This document shows positions 19,913 through 30,659 of a DNA stretch of 64,000 nt, in pieces. Each line of letters opens with the position of its first letter. The stretch's first letter is position 1. The DNA lies in contig CAXXLF010000002.1 in the NCBI GenBank assembly GCA_963664015.2, positions 1,760,001-1,824,000 on the forward strand, read 5' to 3'. Under the pieces are notes generated by a model. That model searched no databases and was not told the origin of the DNA. It was given only the letters and a program-made list of their open reading frames with translations. Both the position numbers and the translations under genes were made by a program. This DNA comes from Candidatus Binatia bacterium. GTDB lineage: Bacteria > Desulfobacterota > Binatia > UBA9968 > CAXXLF01.

Positions 19913-21007
19913 TCAAGACTTCTTGTTGTAAAACTTGGGGTCCATCTGGCTTTGGGTTCCGGACTTGGCCAGGTCGGCCTCGAACATTTCCCTGATGGAC
20001 GGATCCTGATCACAGTATTCAATCTGATCACCACCCGCCTTGACGTCTTTGTCAACCTTGGAGATGTCCCCAAACCCGGGGCCAAGGCTATGTTTGATAC
20101 TGCCAAAACGCAGTGGAAGATATCGGGCAGGCTCTGCTCCGGTATTGAAATGTTGGTGGAACCACATCTCAGGGGGAACAAAGACGCTTCCCTCCTGCCA
20201 ATCGCATCTCTTCACGGGCTCACCTTCCTGCCAGAGCAGAGAGTAGCCCTTTCCCTTGATGATCGTGACGTTGAATCCCGGACCGTGCCGATGGGCCTTT
20301 TTGTAGGTACCAACAGGAAACTCCGAGATATGGGCGGCCATGGTTCCATCAGCCATCTCGAGCATGACGTTTTTCCCCGCCGCACCCCGCTCGTTCCATT
20401 CATGAAGGTTGAAATTTCTAGCGTCGGAGACGAAATTGGTTTCCCAGATCCTCCCTGGAAAGGATTTACCATTACCGCTGAAATACTCGGGCTCACCATT
20501 GAAGCGATCGGTAAAATCGTAGGGCGTATTGTAAATAAAATCCGGGTTGTGAAAAATATTGAATATAATCGGCATATTATTGACGGAAAACAAACGCGCC
20601 GGAGCACTACCCTGGCCGTTGAAGTGCTGGTACCATGTGTTCAAGGGTAGTGTAATGAGGCTGCCGTCCTGCCATTCGAAGGTCTGTTTGGCGCCTTTGT
20701 CATTCCATAGGGTCGTGGCGCCACGACCGCGAACAACGTAGATAAGCTCCTCAAAGATATGCCTTTGCGGATTGGTGCTTTTCCCCGGCGCGATCTCGCA
20801 GACATAGGCGCCGGTGGCTTGGCCAGCTCCTTCCATGTTGATAAACGCAGCTTGCTGGCCCGAACGACCCCATGGTGCCAGCGGAACTTCTTTCAAATCT
20901 GGTATGAAGAAGGTTTCAATGACGGGTATACCTTCCGCTTTTTGCCATTTTTGATAATAGGGAATGTTGTCCATTAAATTTTCGACCTGCTCGGCAGGTT
21001 TGGCCAT
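19913..21007 (-). CDS. bicupin protein (gentisate dioxygenase-like fold)
   Basis: Two cupin motifs: QRH..EE..YV..GRG...WYQHFN and KAHRH...WFHQHFN. Confidence 0.8.
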   Translation of the reverse strand: MAKPAEQVENLMDNIPYYQKWQKAEGIPVIETFFIPDLKEVPLAPWGRSGQQAAFINMEGAGQATGAYVCEIAPGKSTNPQRHIFEELIYVVRGRGATTLWNDKGAKQTFEWQDGSLITLPLNTWYQHFNGQGSAPARLFSVNNMPIIFNIFHNPDFIYNTPYDFTDRFNGEPEYFSGNGKSFPGRIWETNFVSDARNFNLHEWNERGAAGKNVMLEMADGTMAAHISEFPVGTYKKAHRHGPGFNVTIIKGKGYSLLWQEGEPVKRCDWQEGSVFVPPEMWFHQHFNTGAEPARYLPLRFGSIKHSLGPGFGDISKVDKDVKAGGDQIEYCDQDPSIREMFEADLAKSGTQSQMDPKFYNKKS

Positions 21008-21165
21008 TGGAACCTCCAGCGCTGATTTTCTTTACCTCATAGCGCAGATAGTGGCCAAAAGCAAGGTGCGGTAGAAGCAAAGCATGTTGACAATGCAGGG
21101 AAACTTTACTAAATGAGTAAGCGCTCTTACACGCTAAAAAAAAGACCTGACGAGGAGATAAACCG

Positions 21166-21381
21166 TTGGTAACCTCCGTTGAAGCGCCCATGGTAGGAAA
21201 GATACTTAAGATCGAGAGAGAGGCCGGGAGTCCGGTTGAGGAAAACGATGTGGTGATCGTGATGGAGGCCATGAAAATGGAGATCCCGGTCGTCGCCCCA
21301 GTGTCCGGGAACGTCAAGGAGATCAAGGTCACGGTCGGGCAGGCAGTCGAAGCTGGCGATACGCTGGCTGAGATTGAATAG
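21166..21381 (+). CDS. biotin carboxyl carrier protein
   Basis: EAMKME biotinylation motif; SD GAGGAG with TTG start. Confidence 0.92.
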   Translation: MVTSVEAPMVGKILKIEREAGSPVEENDVVIVMEAMKMEIPVVAPVSGNVKEIKVTVGQAVEAGDTLAEIE

Positions 21382-21417
21382 CCCGCCGGCGCTTCCTTTC
21401 TTATTTCTGAGAACAAC

Positions 21418-21564
21418 ATGGGAATTTGGAGTTTTGGTGTGACGGTAGCCTTGATCGGGATGACCGGGACCATGCTGGTCCTTTGGATTATCAGCCTTCT
21501 TATCCTTCTGCTCAAAAAGATCTTCCCTGAAAATGCCGGAGGATCGAAGCCCTCTAAAGGCTAG
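21418..21564 (+). CDS. OadG/MmdD-like small membrane subunit (48 aa), not in the ORF track
   Basis: MGIWSFGVTVALIGMTGTMLVLWIISLLILLLKKIFPENAGGSKPSKG*; 'GM....L.L' single TM; lies between the biotin carrier and the beta subunit. Confidence 0.78.
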   Translation: MGIWSFGVTVALIGMTGTMLVLWIISLLILLLKKIFPENAGGSKPSKG

Positions 21565-21573
21565 GAGAGACCT

Positions 21574-22713
21574 GTGGACTCTGCAATTTCAGCTGGGACA
21601 CAAGGTCTCCTGCTCGGCCTTTCCAACCTTCAGTTGGGCCAAGTCGCATTGATCCTTCTAGGCTCCTTCCTTATCTACCTCGGTATCAAAAAGGGGTTTG
21701 AACCGTTGCTCTTACTCCCCATAGGGTTTGGAGCAATCCTGGTAAACATTCCGCAAGCGGGTTTGATGGATGAAGGCGGCTTCCTGCGCTTCTTCTATGA
21801 AGTGGGAGTTTTGACCGAGATCTTTCCGATCTTAATCTTTCTAGGGATCGGGGCGATGACGGATTTTCAGCCGCTATTGGAAAATCCCAAGATCATCCTA
21901 CTGGGAGCCGCTGGCCAGTTCGGTATATTTTTAACTCTTTTGCTGGCGTTGGCCGTTGGCTTCGACAAGCTCGATGCAGTGGCCATTTCTATTATTGGCG
22001 CGTGCGATGGTCCCACCGCTATTTATGTCAGTTCTAAGTATGCACCCCATCTCCTTGGGGCAGTTTCCGTTGCGGCCTATTCCTATATGTCGCTTGTACC
22101 ACTGATCCAGCCACCGATTATGCGCCTGCTCACCACCGAGCGGGAAAAGAGAATCGTCATGGGAGTTGAAAAGCGGCCGGTCTCCAAATCAACCAAGATT
22201 CTCTTCCCTATCGTCGTGACCGTGGCCGTTTCTCTCCTTGCGCCCAAGGGGACTCCCCTCATCGGTATGCTCATGCTGGGGAACCTGATGCGGGAGTCCG
22301 GTGTGGTGGAAAGGTTGAAGCATACCTCGGAAAACGAGATAGCGAATATTGTAACGCTTCTCCTCGGGCTGTCCATCGGGGCCACCATGGAGGCGGAGAA
22401 GTTTTTACGTGCAGAGACCCTTATTGTCCTTGCCTTGGGGCTCGTGGCTATCGGGCTGGATACAGTCATGGGCGTGCTTTTCGGAAAACTAATGTGCCTG
22501 CTTACCGGTGGAAAGATCAACCCTCTGATCGGCGCCGCGGGGATTTCCGCTTTTCCCATGGCTGCTCGCGTGGCGCAAACGGAAGGGCAGCGGTACAACA
22601 AAAAGAACTATCTCTTAATGCACGCAATGAGCGCCAATGCGGGAGGACAGATCGGCTCCATCGTCGCGGCAGCGGTAATGCTATCAGTCTTGGCGGGAAT
22701 GGGGATTGTGTAA
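21574..22713 (+). CDS. Na+-translocating decarboxylase beta subunit (OadB/MmdB/GcdB)
   Basis: EPLLL.PIGFG, GIGAMTDF, AAGQFGIF, DGPT, AAYSYM.LVP.IQPP and NPLIGAAG.SA.PMAAR. Confidence 0.95.
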   Translation: MDSAISAGTQGLLLGLSNLQLGQVALILLGSFLIYLGIKKGFEPLLLLPIGFGAILVNIPQAGLMDEGGFLRFFYEVGVLTEIFPILIFLGIGAMTDFQPLLENPKIILLGAAGQFGIFLTLLLALAVGFDKLDAVAISIIGACDGPTAIYVSSKYAPHLLGAVSVAAYSYMSLVPLIQPPIMRLLTTEREKRIVMGVEKRPVSKSTKILFPIVVTVAVSLLAPKGTPLIGMLMLGNLMRESGVVERLKHTSENEIANIVTLLLGLSIGATMEAEKFLRAETLIVLALGLVAIGLDTVMGVLFGKLMCLLTGGKINPLIGAAGISAFPMAARVAQTEGQRYNKKNYLLMHAMSANAGGQIGSIVAAAVMLSVLAGMGIV

Positions 22714-22860
22714 ACCCCGTACCAGGGTTGGCTGTCCATGGCATTTGTCCATGGTCTTTTGCGAAGGCGGATAACATTCACCCGATTTCAACTCGAGAGA
22801 CTCTTGGTCGAATGATGAGCGGCTCGCGACCAGAGGACAAGGCTAAAAGGTAAAGTAACC

Positions 22861-24417
22861 ATGGCGGCTATAGGGAGAGGCGATATTGAGAAGCGACTCC
22901 GGGATACCGAATCCCGTGTGCTTGAGGGAGATCCCAAGGCAGTAGAGAAACAACACAGCCAAGGCCTGCTTACTGCTCGGGAGAGAATCCAGGCGTTACT
23001 CGATCCAGGGAGTTTCGTTGAGGAGTTTATGCTTGCGGAAACCCAAGTCACCGATTTCGGTATGGCGAAAAAAAAACGGCCAACCGATGGAGTGGTGACC
23101 GGCTACGGGAAAATCGACGGGCGCCCCGTCCACGTTTTCGCTCAAGACCGTACGGTTCTGGCAGGTACCGTGGGTAGTGCCCACGCGGAAAAAATCGCCT
23201 ACGTGATACAAAACGCACGCCAACGAGGTATGCCCCTGATCGGTCTGTACGACTCCGCCGGTGCTAGGATTCAGGAAGGGCTCAGCGTAACGACTTCCAT
23301 CGGAAAGATCTTTTTTGAAAACAGCGTGACCTCTGGCGTGATCCCTCAGATCTCGGCCATAATGGGGCCCTGTATAGGTGTAGCTTCGTATTCGCCGGCG
23401 TTGACTGATTTTATAGTCATGGTTCAAGGAAGCAGCCAGATGTTCATCACGGGGCCGTCGGTCATCAAAGAGGTTCTAGGTGAGGAAGTCACCATGGAGG
23501 AATTGGGGGGGGCCAAAATTCATACGGAGGTTTCGGGAGTGGCGGACCTGGTCGCCAAAAACGATCAGGACTGTCTCACTCTCATTCGCAAGCTTGTAGG
23601 GTTTTTGCCCTCCAATTTCCGGTCGAGTCCCCCTGCCAAAGGTCCCCACCGTGATGCGGCGCGATTGCTGGACGGTATGGATAAGCTTGTTCCCGAGGAC
23701 ATGCGTAAAGCCTACAATGTCCTTCAGGTGATCAAGGCACTGGTGGATGATGGTAATTTTTTGGAACTCAAAGGGAAGTTCGCTCGAAACTTGGTCATTG
23801 GATTAGGCCGTTTGGACGGTCATCCGGTGGGAATTGTCGCCAATCAGCCCATGTTTCTTGCCGGGAGCCTTGATGTGGACGCTTCCGATAAGGCTTCACG
23901 CTTCATCCGCTTCTGCGATGCATTTAGTATTCCTATCGTGACGCTCATGGATGTACCGGGGTTTTTCCCCGGCAGGCAGCAGGAAGAAAAAGGGATTATA
24001 CGTCACGGAGCCAAACTTCTATACGCCTATGCGGAAGCCACGGTACCGAAGATTACGGTTGTCCTACGTAAAGGCTACGGGGGGGCTAAACAGGCCATGT
24101 GTACCCGTGAGATGGGTGCGGATCAATTTTTTGTATGGCCGGGCGTTGAACTTGCGGTGATGGGTGGAGGAGGAGCCGTTAACGTGATCTATCGCCGGGA
24201 GATTGAAGCTTCCATGGACCCGGAGCAAACCAGGCGGGAAAAGATGGAGGAGTACGCAGAGCGCTTTAGCGGTCCCTTCGAGGCCCTCTCCAAACAGTTT
24301 GCCCACGCGGCCATTCGCCCCGCCGAAACACGTGTTCGGTTAATTCAAGCGTTAGAAATCCTCAAGGAGAAAAAAGAAGAGAGACCGCAAAAAAAACACG
24401 GGACCATGCCCGTCTAA
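22861..24417 (+). CDS. acyl-CoA carboxyltransferase (MmdA/PccB-like decarboxylase alpha subunit)
   Basis: TARERI..LLD, DS.GARIQEG, MFITGP, RFIRFCDAF, DVPGF.PG..QE and KKHG..P. Confidence 0.93.
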   Translation: MAAIGRGDIEKRLRDTESRVLEGDPKAVEKQHSQGLLTARERIQALLDPGSFVEEFMLAETQVTDFGMAKKKRPTDGVVTGYGKIDGRPVHVFAQDRTVLAGTVGSAHAEKIAYVIQNARQRGMPLIGLYDSAGARIQEGLSVTTSIGKIFFENSVTSGVIPQISAIMGPCIGVASYSPALTDFIVMVQGSSQMFITGPSVIKEVLGEEVTMEELGGAKIHTEVSGVADLVAKNDQDCLTLIRKLVGFLPSNFRSSPPAKGPHRDAARLLDGMDKLVPEDMRKAYNVLQVIKALVDDGNFLELKGKFARNLVIGLGRLDGHPVGIVANQPMFLAGSLDVDASDKASRFIRFCDAFSIPIVTLMDVPGFFPGRQQEEKGIIRHGAKLLYAYAEATVPKITVVLRKGYGGAKQAMCTREMGADQFFVWPGVELAVMGGGGAVNVIYRREIEASMDPEQTRREKMEEYAERFSGPFEALSKQFAHAAIRPAETRVRLIQALEILKEKKEERPQKKHGTMPV

Positions 24418-24438
24418 TGGGTCCCTGGGCGTCGAGCT

Positions 24439-24861
24439 CTACGGTTTTTCTGACTCACCCTTGGGTTGGGTAATAATTGCCAGCCGGGTCAAGCCTGCGC
24501 TGCGCGCCTGGTCCATAACCCAAACTACCGTACCGTGGAAGACCTGTGCATCGGCCTGGATCAAAATTTGAGTTTTTGACCCGGATCGTCCCGCCTCAAG
24601 CAATTGGCTCACGAGATCTTTTCTGTCAACTTTCTTTTCGTTGAGAAAAAGCTCCTGGTTGGAACTGATGACGATCCGCAAGTCTTTTTCCTGTTGCACG
24701 ATTTCTTGCGCAGTAGATTCGGGTAGGTTTACACGGATCCCTGGTGTTGAGATGAAGTTGAGGGAGAGGGCGAAGAAGATGAGCAGATTGAAGACCGTGT
24801 CCAGGAAAGGAGCCAGATCAATAAAGCTATTTTTGCTTCTTTGCGCGTTGCGGAAGCGCAT
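24439..24861 (-). CDS. exbD: biopolymer transport protein ExbD/TolR
   Basis: IDLAP.LD.VF.LLIFF and I.AD..V..G.VV.VMD motifs. Confidence 0.88.
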   Translation of the reverse strand: MRFRNAQRSKNSFIDLAPFLDTVFNLLIFFALSLNFISTPGIRVNLPESTAQEIVQQEKDLRIVISSNQELFLNEKKVDRKDLVSQLLEAGRSGSKTQILIQADAQVFHGTVVWVMDQARSAGLTRLAIITQPKGESEKP

Positions 24862-24874
24862 ATTCTTCGCCCTC

Positions 24875-25477
24875 TCACTTTTCCTTTAACAATTCCATCA
24901 AGCGGATCGAGTGCTCTTCCATTTGAAGGATCAGAGCATTGGTCTTACTCTGGAGGTACTTGTACATGACCAGAGTGGGGATCGCTACACTTAGACCCGC
25001 ATAGGTTGTAATCAGGGCCTCGGAAATGCCCCCGGCAAGGGAGCCGGGATTGACCACGGTTTGGGCGGAGATCCCTGAGAAGATCTTAATCATGCCGGAG
25101 ATCGTTCCCAATAGCCCCAACAGGGTGCTCACGCCGGAGATAGTGCCCAATCCCTCGACAAACCGCTCCAGTGACGCGCTCTCTTGTCGACCGACCTCTT
25201 CAAGGTATTCCTTGATCACTTCTCGTTTCCGTCCGAAGTTCTTGATACCAACTAGGAGGATACGCGCCATGGATGAACGGCTACGTTGGCAAAGGGAGAT
25301 TGCGTCAGGAATCCTTTCACTGCGAATCAGGACTTCGGCCTCGTTTAGGAAGCCTGAGGGAATGACACAGTTCCATCTAAGATTCCATAGGCGCTCGGTG
25401 AAAATGGCTACGGCTATGATAGAACAAAGGAGGATCGGGTACATAAAGATCCCCCCTTTTGCAAAGAACTCAAGCAT
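24875..25477 (-). CDS. exbB: MotA/TolQ/ExbB proton channel protein
   Basis: GG..M.PI, LGLLGT..GMI..F and GISEALITT..GL.VAIP. Confidence 0.88.
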   Translation of the reverse strand: MLEFFAKGGIFMYPILLCSIIAVAIFTERLWNLRWNCVIPSGFLNEAEVLIRSERIPDAISLCQRSRSSMARILLVGIKNFGRKREVIKEYLEEVGRQESASLERFVEGLGTISGVSTLLGLLGTISGMIKIFSGISAQTVVNPGSLAGGISEALITTYAGLSVAIPTLVMYKYLQSKTNALILQMEEHSIRLMELLKEK

Positions 25478-25704
25478 AACTTACCTCGCCACATCGATTT
25501 GGAAAATGTATCTCAGGTGAATCGTTATAGCAACGGCTAAGGAGGTGATCCAGCGGTTGGTTCATCATGAATGAGCAACGCTAACCTAAAACGATCTGCA
25601 TTTTAGTTTTGCACCAACATTGATTCCGATGAATGAATAAAGATGAAAATGAAAAAAAGAGAAATTAATTTTTTTAAATATGTTTGGAAAATAATATTTT
25701 TTTC

Positions 25705-25734
25705 TTGACATACAATTTATAGTGTCCCTATAAT
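25705..25734 (+). promoter_or_regulatory. consensus sigma70 promoter with AT-rich UP region
   Basis: TTGACA 25705-25710, 18 nt, TATAAT 25729-25734; preceded by an A/T-rich tract (25640-25704). Confidence 0.8.
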
Positions 25735-25852
25735 AAAAATGTCTACAAAATGTAGGAGGGTCTTTTAGGTTATAGAATCTTCGCCTGAGCAATTAATTTT
25801 CCCTCTTTCTTTCGTAGATACCCATTTGCGGTAATCTAGAAAGGAGGTGCCT

Positions 25853-25906
25853 ATGGCAGCGAAGAAGAAGGCAAAGGCAAAAAAGAAGGCTAAAAAAAAA
25901 AGATAA
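25853..25906 (+). CDS. 17-aa Lys/Ala-rich microprotein MAAKKKAKAKKKAKKKR
   Basis: SD AAAGGAGGTG 25840-25849, ATG 25853, TAA 25904-25906; flanked by its own promoter and terminator. Confidence 0.7.
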   Translation: MAAKKKAKAKKKAKKKR

Positions 25907-25992
25907 CTAAGTTTGAGTAGCTGTGGTGTGGTGGCGATGGTTTGTACCCTCATTCATCTCAGGCGATAGGGCGGCTGTTTTGGCTGCCCAAA

Positions 25993-26038
25993 GGACAAGG
26001 CCCTTCGGTTGTAATGACCGAAGGGCCTTGTCCATTTT
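25993..26038 (+). terminator. strong hairpin terminator
   Basis: Perfect 17-bp stem GGACAAGGCCCTTCGGT/ACCGAAGGGCCTTGTCC followed by ATTTT. Confidence 0.8.
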
Positions 26039-26051
26039 GGTCTCAGTGTAA

Positions 26052-26870
26052 ATGCAGAAACGAATTGCTCACATCTCTGTTGATCTGTACCCCCCGGAAA
26101 ATCCTAAATTTAAGTCGCGTATCATTTTAGTACACGGTCTGTGGAACAGTAGTGCATGCTGGGTCCAATGGGCTACCCGTTTGTCCAACTTGGGATGGGA
26201 ATGCTGGGCTGTGAACTTGGGGGATCGGACTGCAGGTAACGCAGTGGAGATTATGGCGGGGCTGACCTTGGACCAATGTGTGGAAGAACTCAAGCACGTG
26301 ATTCGTGCGGCCGGACCGGACCCGGTGATGGTTGCCCACGGTATGGGATGGGTGCCAACGCTCAAGGCAAGCCAAGGGGAAGATCTAGCAGGGCTCCTTT
26401 TGATCTCGCCGCCGAATGCGTGGAGTGTTCCCAACGAGGCAGGGCGTCCGCTTCGGTTGCTGAGATTGAAGTATCTAGTACCTCTTTCTCTCGGTTGGTC
26501 CGTTCGCATCCGGGAAGGGGACTTCTCTCGCTACTGGCTTTCATGCCTACCGGTTGCGCGTCACGAGCAAGTTCTGAGAAACCTGGTGCCCGAGTCCAGC
26601 CATTTGATCAAGCTCCTATTTCAACCTTCGTTTATCATAGAGCAATCATCCCAGGGATGGCCAGTGCTGGTCATGGGAGGGACCGAGGATCCAGTGGCGC
26701 CGATGGTGTCCGTACGGCAGACAGCCGAATGCTTGGCTGCCGAATGCCGGGAATATTCTGGCCACGGTCACTGGTTGCTGGAAGAGGAGGGATGGGAGGC
26801 GATCGTCAACGACGCCCACCGGTGGTTGATACAGGGCCTCGGAGAGGCCGTGCTTTTGAACCCTTCCTGA
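26052..26870 (+). CDS. alpha/beta hydrolase fold protein (nucleophile Ser absent)
   Basis: LVHG.W, AHGMG at the nucleophile elbow, G.ED and GHGHW. Confidence 0.75.
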   Translation: MQKRIAHISVDLYPPENPKFKSRIILVHGLWNSSACWVQWATRLSNLGWECWAVNLGDRTAGNAVEIMAGLTLDQCVEELKHVIRAAGPDPVMVAHGMGWVPTLKASQGEDLAGLLLISPPNAWSVPNEAGRPLRLLRLKYLVPLSLGWSVRIREGDFSRYWLSCLPVARHEQVLRNLVPESSHLIKLLFQPSFIIEQSSQGWPVLVMGGTEDPVAPMVSVRQTAECLAAECREYSGHGHWLLEEEGWEAIVNDAHRWLIQGLGEAVLLNPS

Positions 26871-27027
26871 GGGGCCTCTTGGAGTGGGCGGCCATGAGCA
26901 GGCACTTTCACCCAGCATCGGTAGATGTTATTATGGAGTATGGAGGAGTCTGCCCGCCGGATTGCCGACAAATCCCAGCCGTTATCCACAGGAAAGGCCT
27001 AAAAGGCGCAAACCATCGGGTTAAAAA

Positions 27028-29069
<2,042 letters not shown>

Positions 29070-29135
29070 CTATGATCTTTGCCTTGAGTGAGCAAGGAAT
29101 TCCTAAAATGTGCTATATTCTTCACTGATCGAACC

Positions 29136-29510
29136 ATGTCTCGCTCCAAAGTATCACGATTCTGGCTTGTTTCCGCCTTGGCTCTGGTGCTTCTTGCCTT
29201 TTCGCTCTTTACGGCCTTCGGGGAGCGGGGCTTGCTCCAACTCTGGCGTTTGTCCGAAGAGAAAAAACGGTTAAGTGAAAAAAGCTTTCGTCTCCATCAG
29301 GAGAATGAAGTCCTCCGCTCGACAATTAACAGCCTCCTCCACAATGACCGCTACCTGGAAAAAAAAGCTCGGGAAGACCTACGCTTCGTGGGCCCAGGAG
29401 AGATCGTGTACCAATTTGCCTCGGAAGACTCAAGGGGCAGCAGGGACGAGTCCGTCAAGGGACAGGCTCCATCGCCTCGCCTGTCATGGGAACGAAACGA
29501 ACATCCGTAA
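29136..29510 (+). CDS. ftsB: septum formation initiator FtsB/DivIC
   Basis: TM, G..G, coiled coil, LE..ARE.L..V..GE.VY. Confidence 0.82.
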   Translation: MSRSKVSRFWLVSALALVLLAFSLFTAFGERGLLQLWRLSEEKKRLSEKSFRLHQENEVLRSTINSLLHNDRYLEKKAREDLRFVGPGEIVYQFASEDSRGSRDESVKGQAPSPRLSWERNEHP

Positions 29511-30177
29511 TGGTTTCCAACTTCACCTGCCCTTGAACTTTCCTTGCCCGTACCAGTTGCTGGGTCGTGTAGGTCTTGCCCATTGGGAGGACGATCCGTC
29601 CTCCCTCATGAAGCTGATTCCACAAGGAGTTGGGGATCTTCGCCACCGATGCCGTAACGATAATGGCGTCGAAAGGGCCCTGTTCTTGCCAACCAAAGAA
29701 CCCATCACCGGTTTTAACATGTACGTTCGTGTAGCCGAGTCGGAGAAGTATGTCACGGGCACTGTTGGCCAGGGTGGGTATAATTTCAACGGTGTAGACT
29801 TCCTCGACCAGGCCACTTAAAACGGCGGCTTGATAACCTGATCCTGTGCCCACCTCGAGGACTCTTTCCTTACCTTTAAGTTCCAGGAGTTGAGACATCA
29901 AGGCGATGATGTAGGGTTGGGAGATAGTCTGCCCCTCCCCTATGGGTAGGGGCCGGTCCCCATAGGCGAGGAAGCGGTCCCTTTCGGGGACAAAGAAGTG
30001 ACGGGGTACAGTCGCCATGGCTTCCAAAACTCGCGGATCCATGATTCCATGTCCTTTGAGGTCCTTGGCCACCATCCGCTGGCGCAATCGGGCGTAATGG
30101 GCGTCGGATTGCTCCGCAAAGAGCGCTAGTGGGGGAAATAAGAGCAGCGTTAAATAGGCCCAGAATCCAAGAAGCAT
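29455..30177 (-). CDS. pcm: protein-L-isoaspartate O-methyltransferase
   Basis: VPRH.FV, GQTISQPY, VLEVGTGSGYQAA, PFDAIIVTA and VRFVPM. Confidence 0.94.
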   Translation of the reverse strand: MLLGFWAYLTLLLFPPLALFAEQSDAHYARLRQRMVAKDLKGHGIMDPRVLEAMATVPRHFFVPERDRFLAYGDRPLPIGEGQTISQPYIIALMSQLLELKGKERVLEVGTGSGYQAAVLSGLVEEVYTVEIIPTLANSARDILLRLGYTNVHVKTGDGFFGWQEQGPFDAIIVTASVAKIPNSLWNQLHEGGRIVLPMGKTYTTQQLVRARKVQGQVKLETITDVRFVPMTGEAMEPVP

Positions 30178-30374
30178 TTAGTTGCCTAGTCTGAAAACAA
30201 ACAGATTTTGGGGATATGCTCATTACCTTATTGGCTTAAGGATCAAAAGTCGAGCACTGCTTTTTAGGGCAAGGGGGCGAAGTTTTTGACCGCTTGCCTC
30301 TCGGGGATTGAGATTGGGGGCCAGAAAGGGTATTTTAGATACTCGGATAGCTAGGGTTATGACCTTCCCTGTGA

Positions 30375-30449
<75 letters not shown>

Positions 30450-30659
30450 AATTTTCTTTCTCAGACGTTCGTTGATCGAGAGTTTCGGTCGTTCCGTCAC
30501 CGGCTTGAGTGTTATACTCACGATTACCGGTTAACATTGCCTTCCTTCTCGAGGGATGGGGGTCCCGCCGTCTTTCCATATCACCATATTGACATGACAG
30601 AGCCCGTAGGCTACTTCCAGGGTTGGTCCGTCTACACAGATGATCCCAGGAGAACCGTC

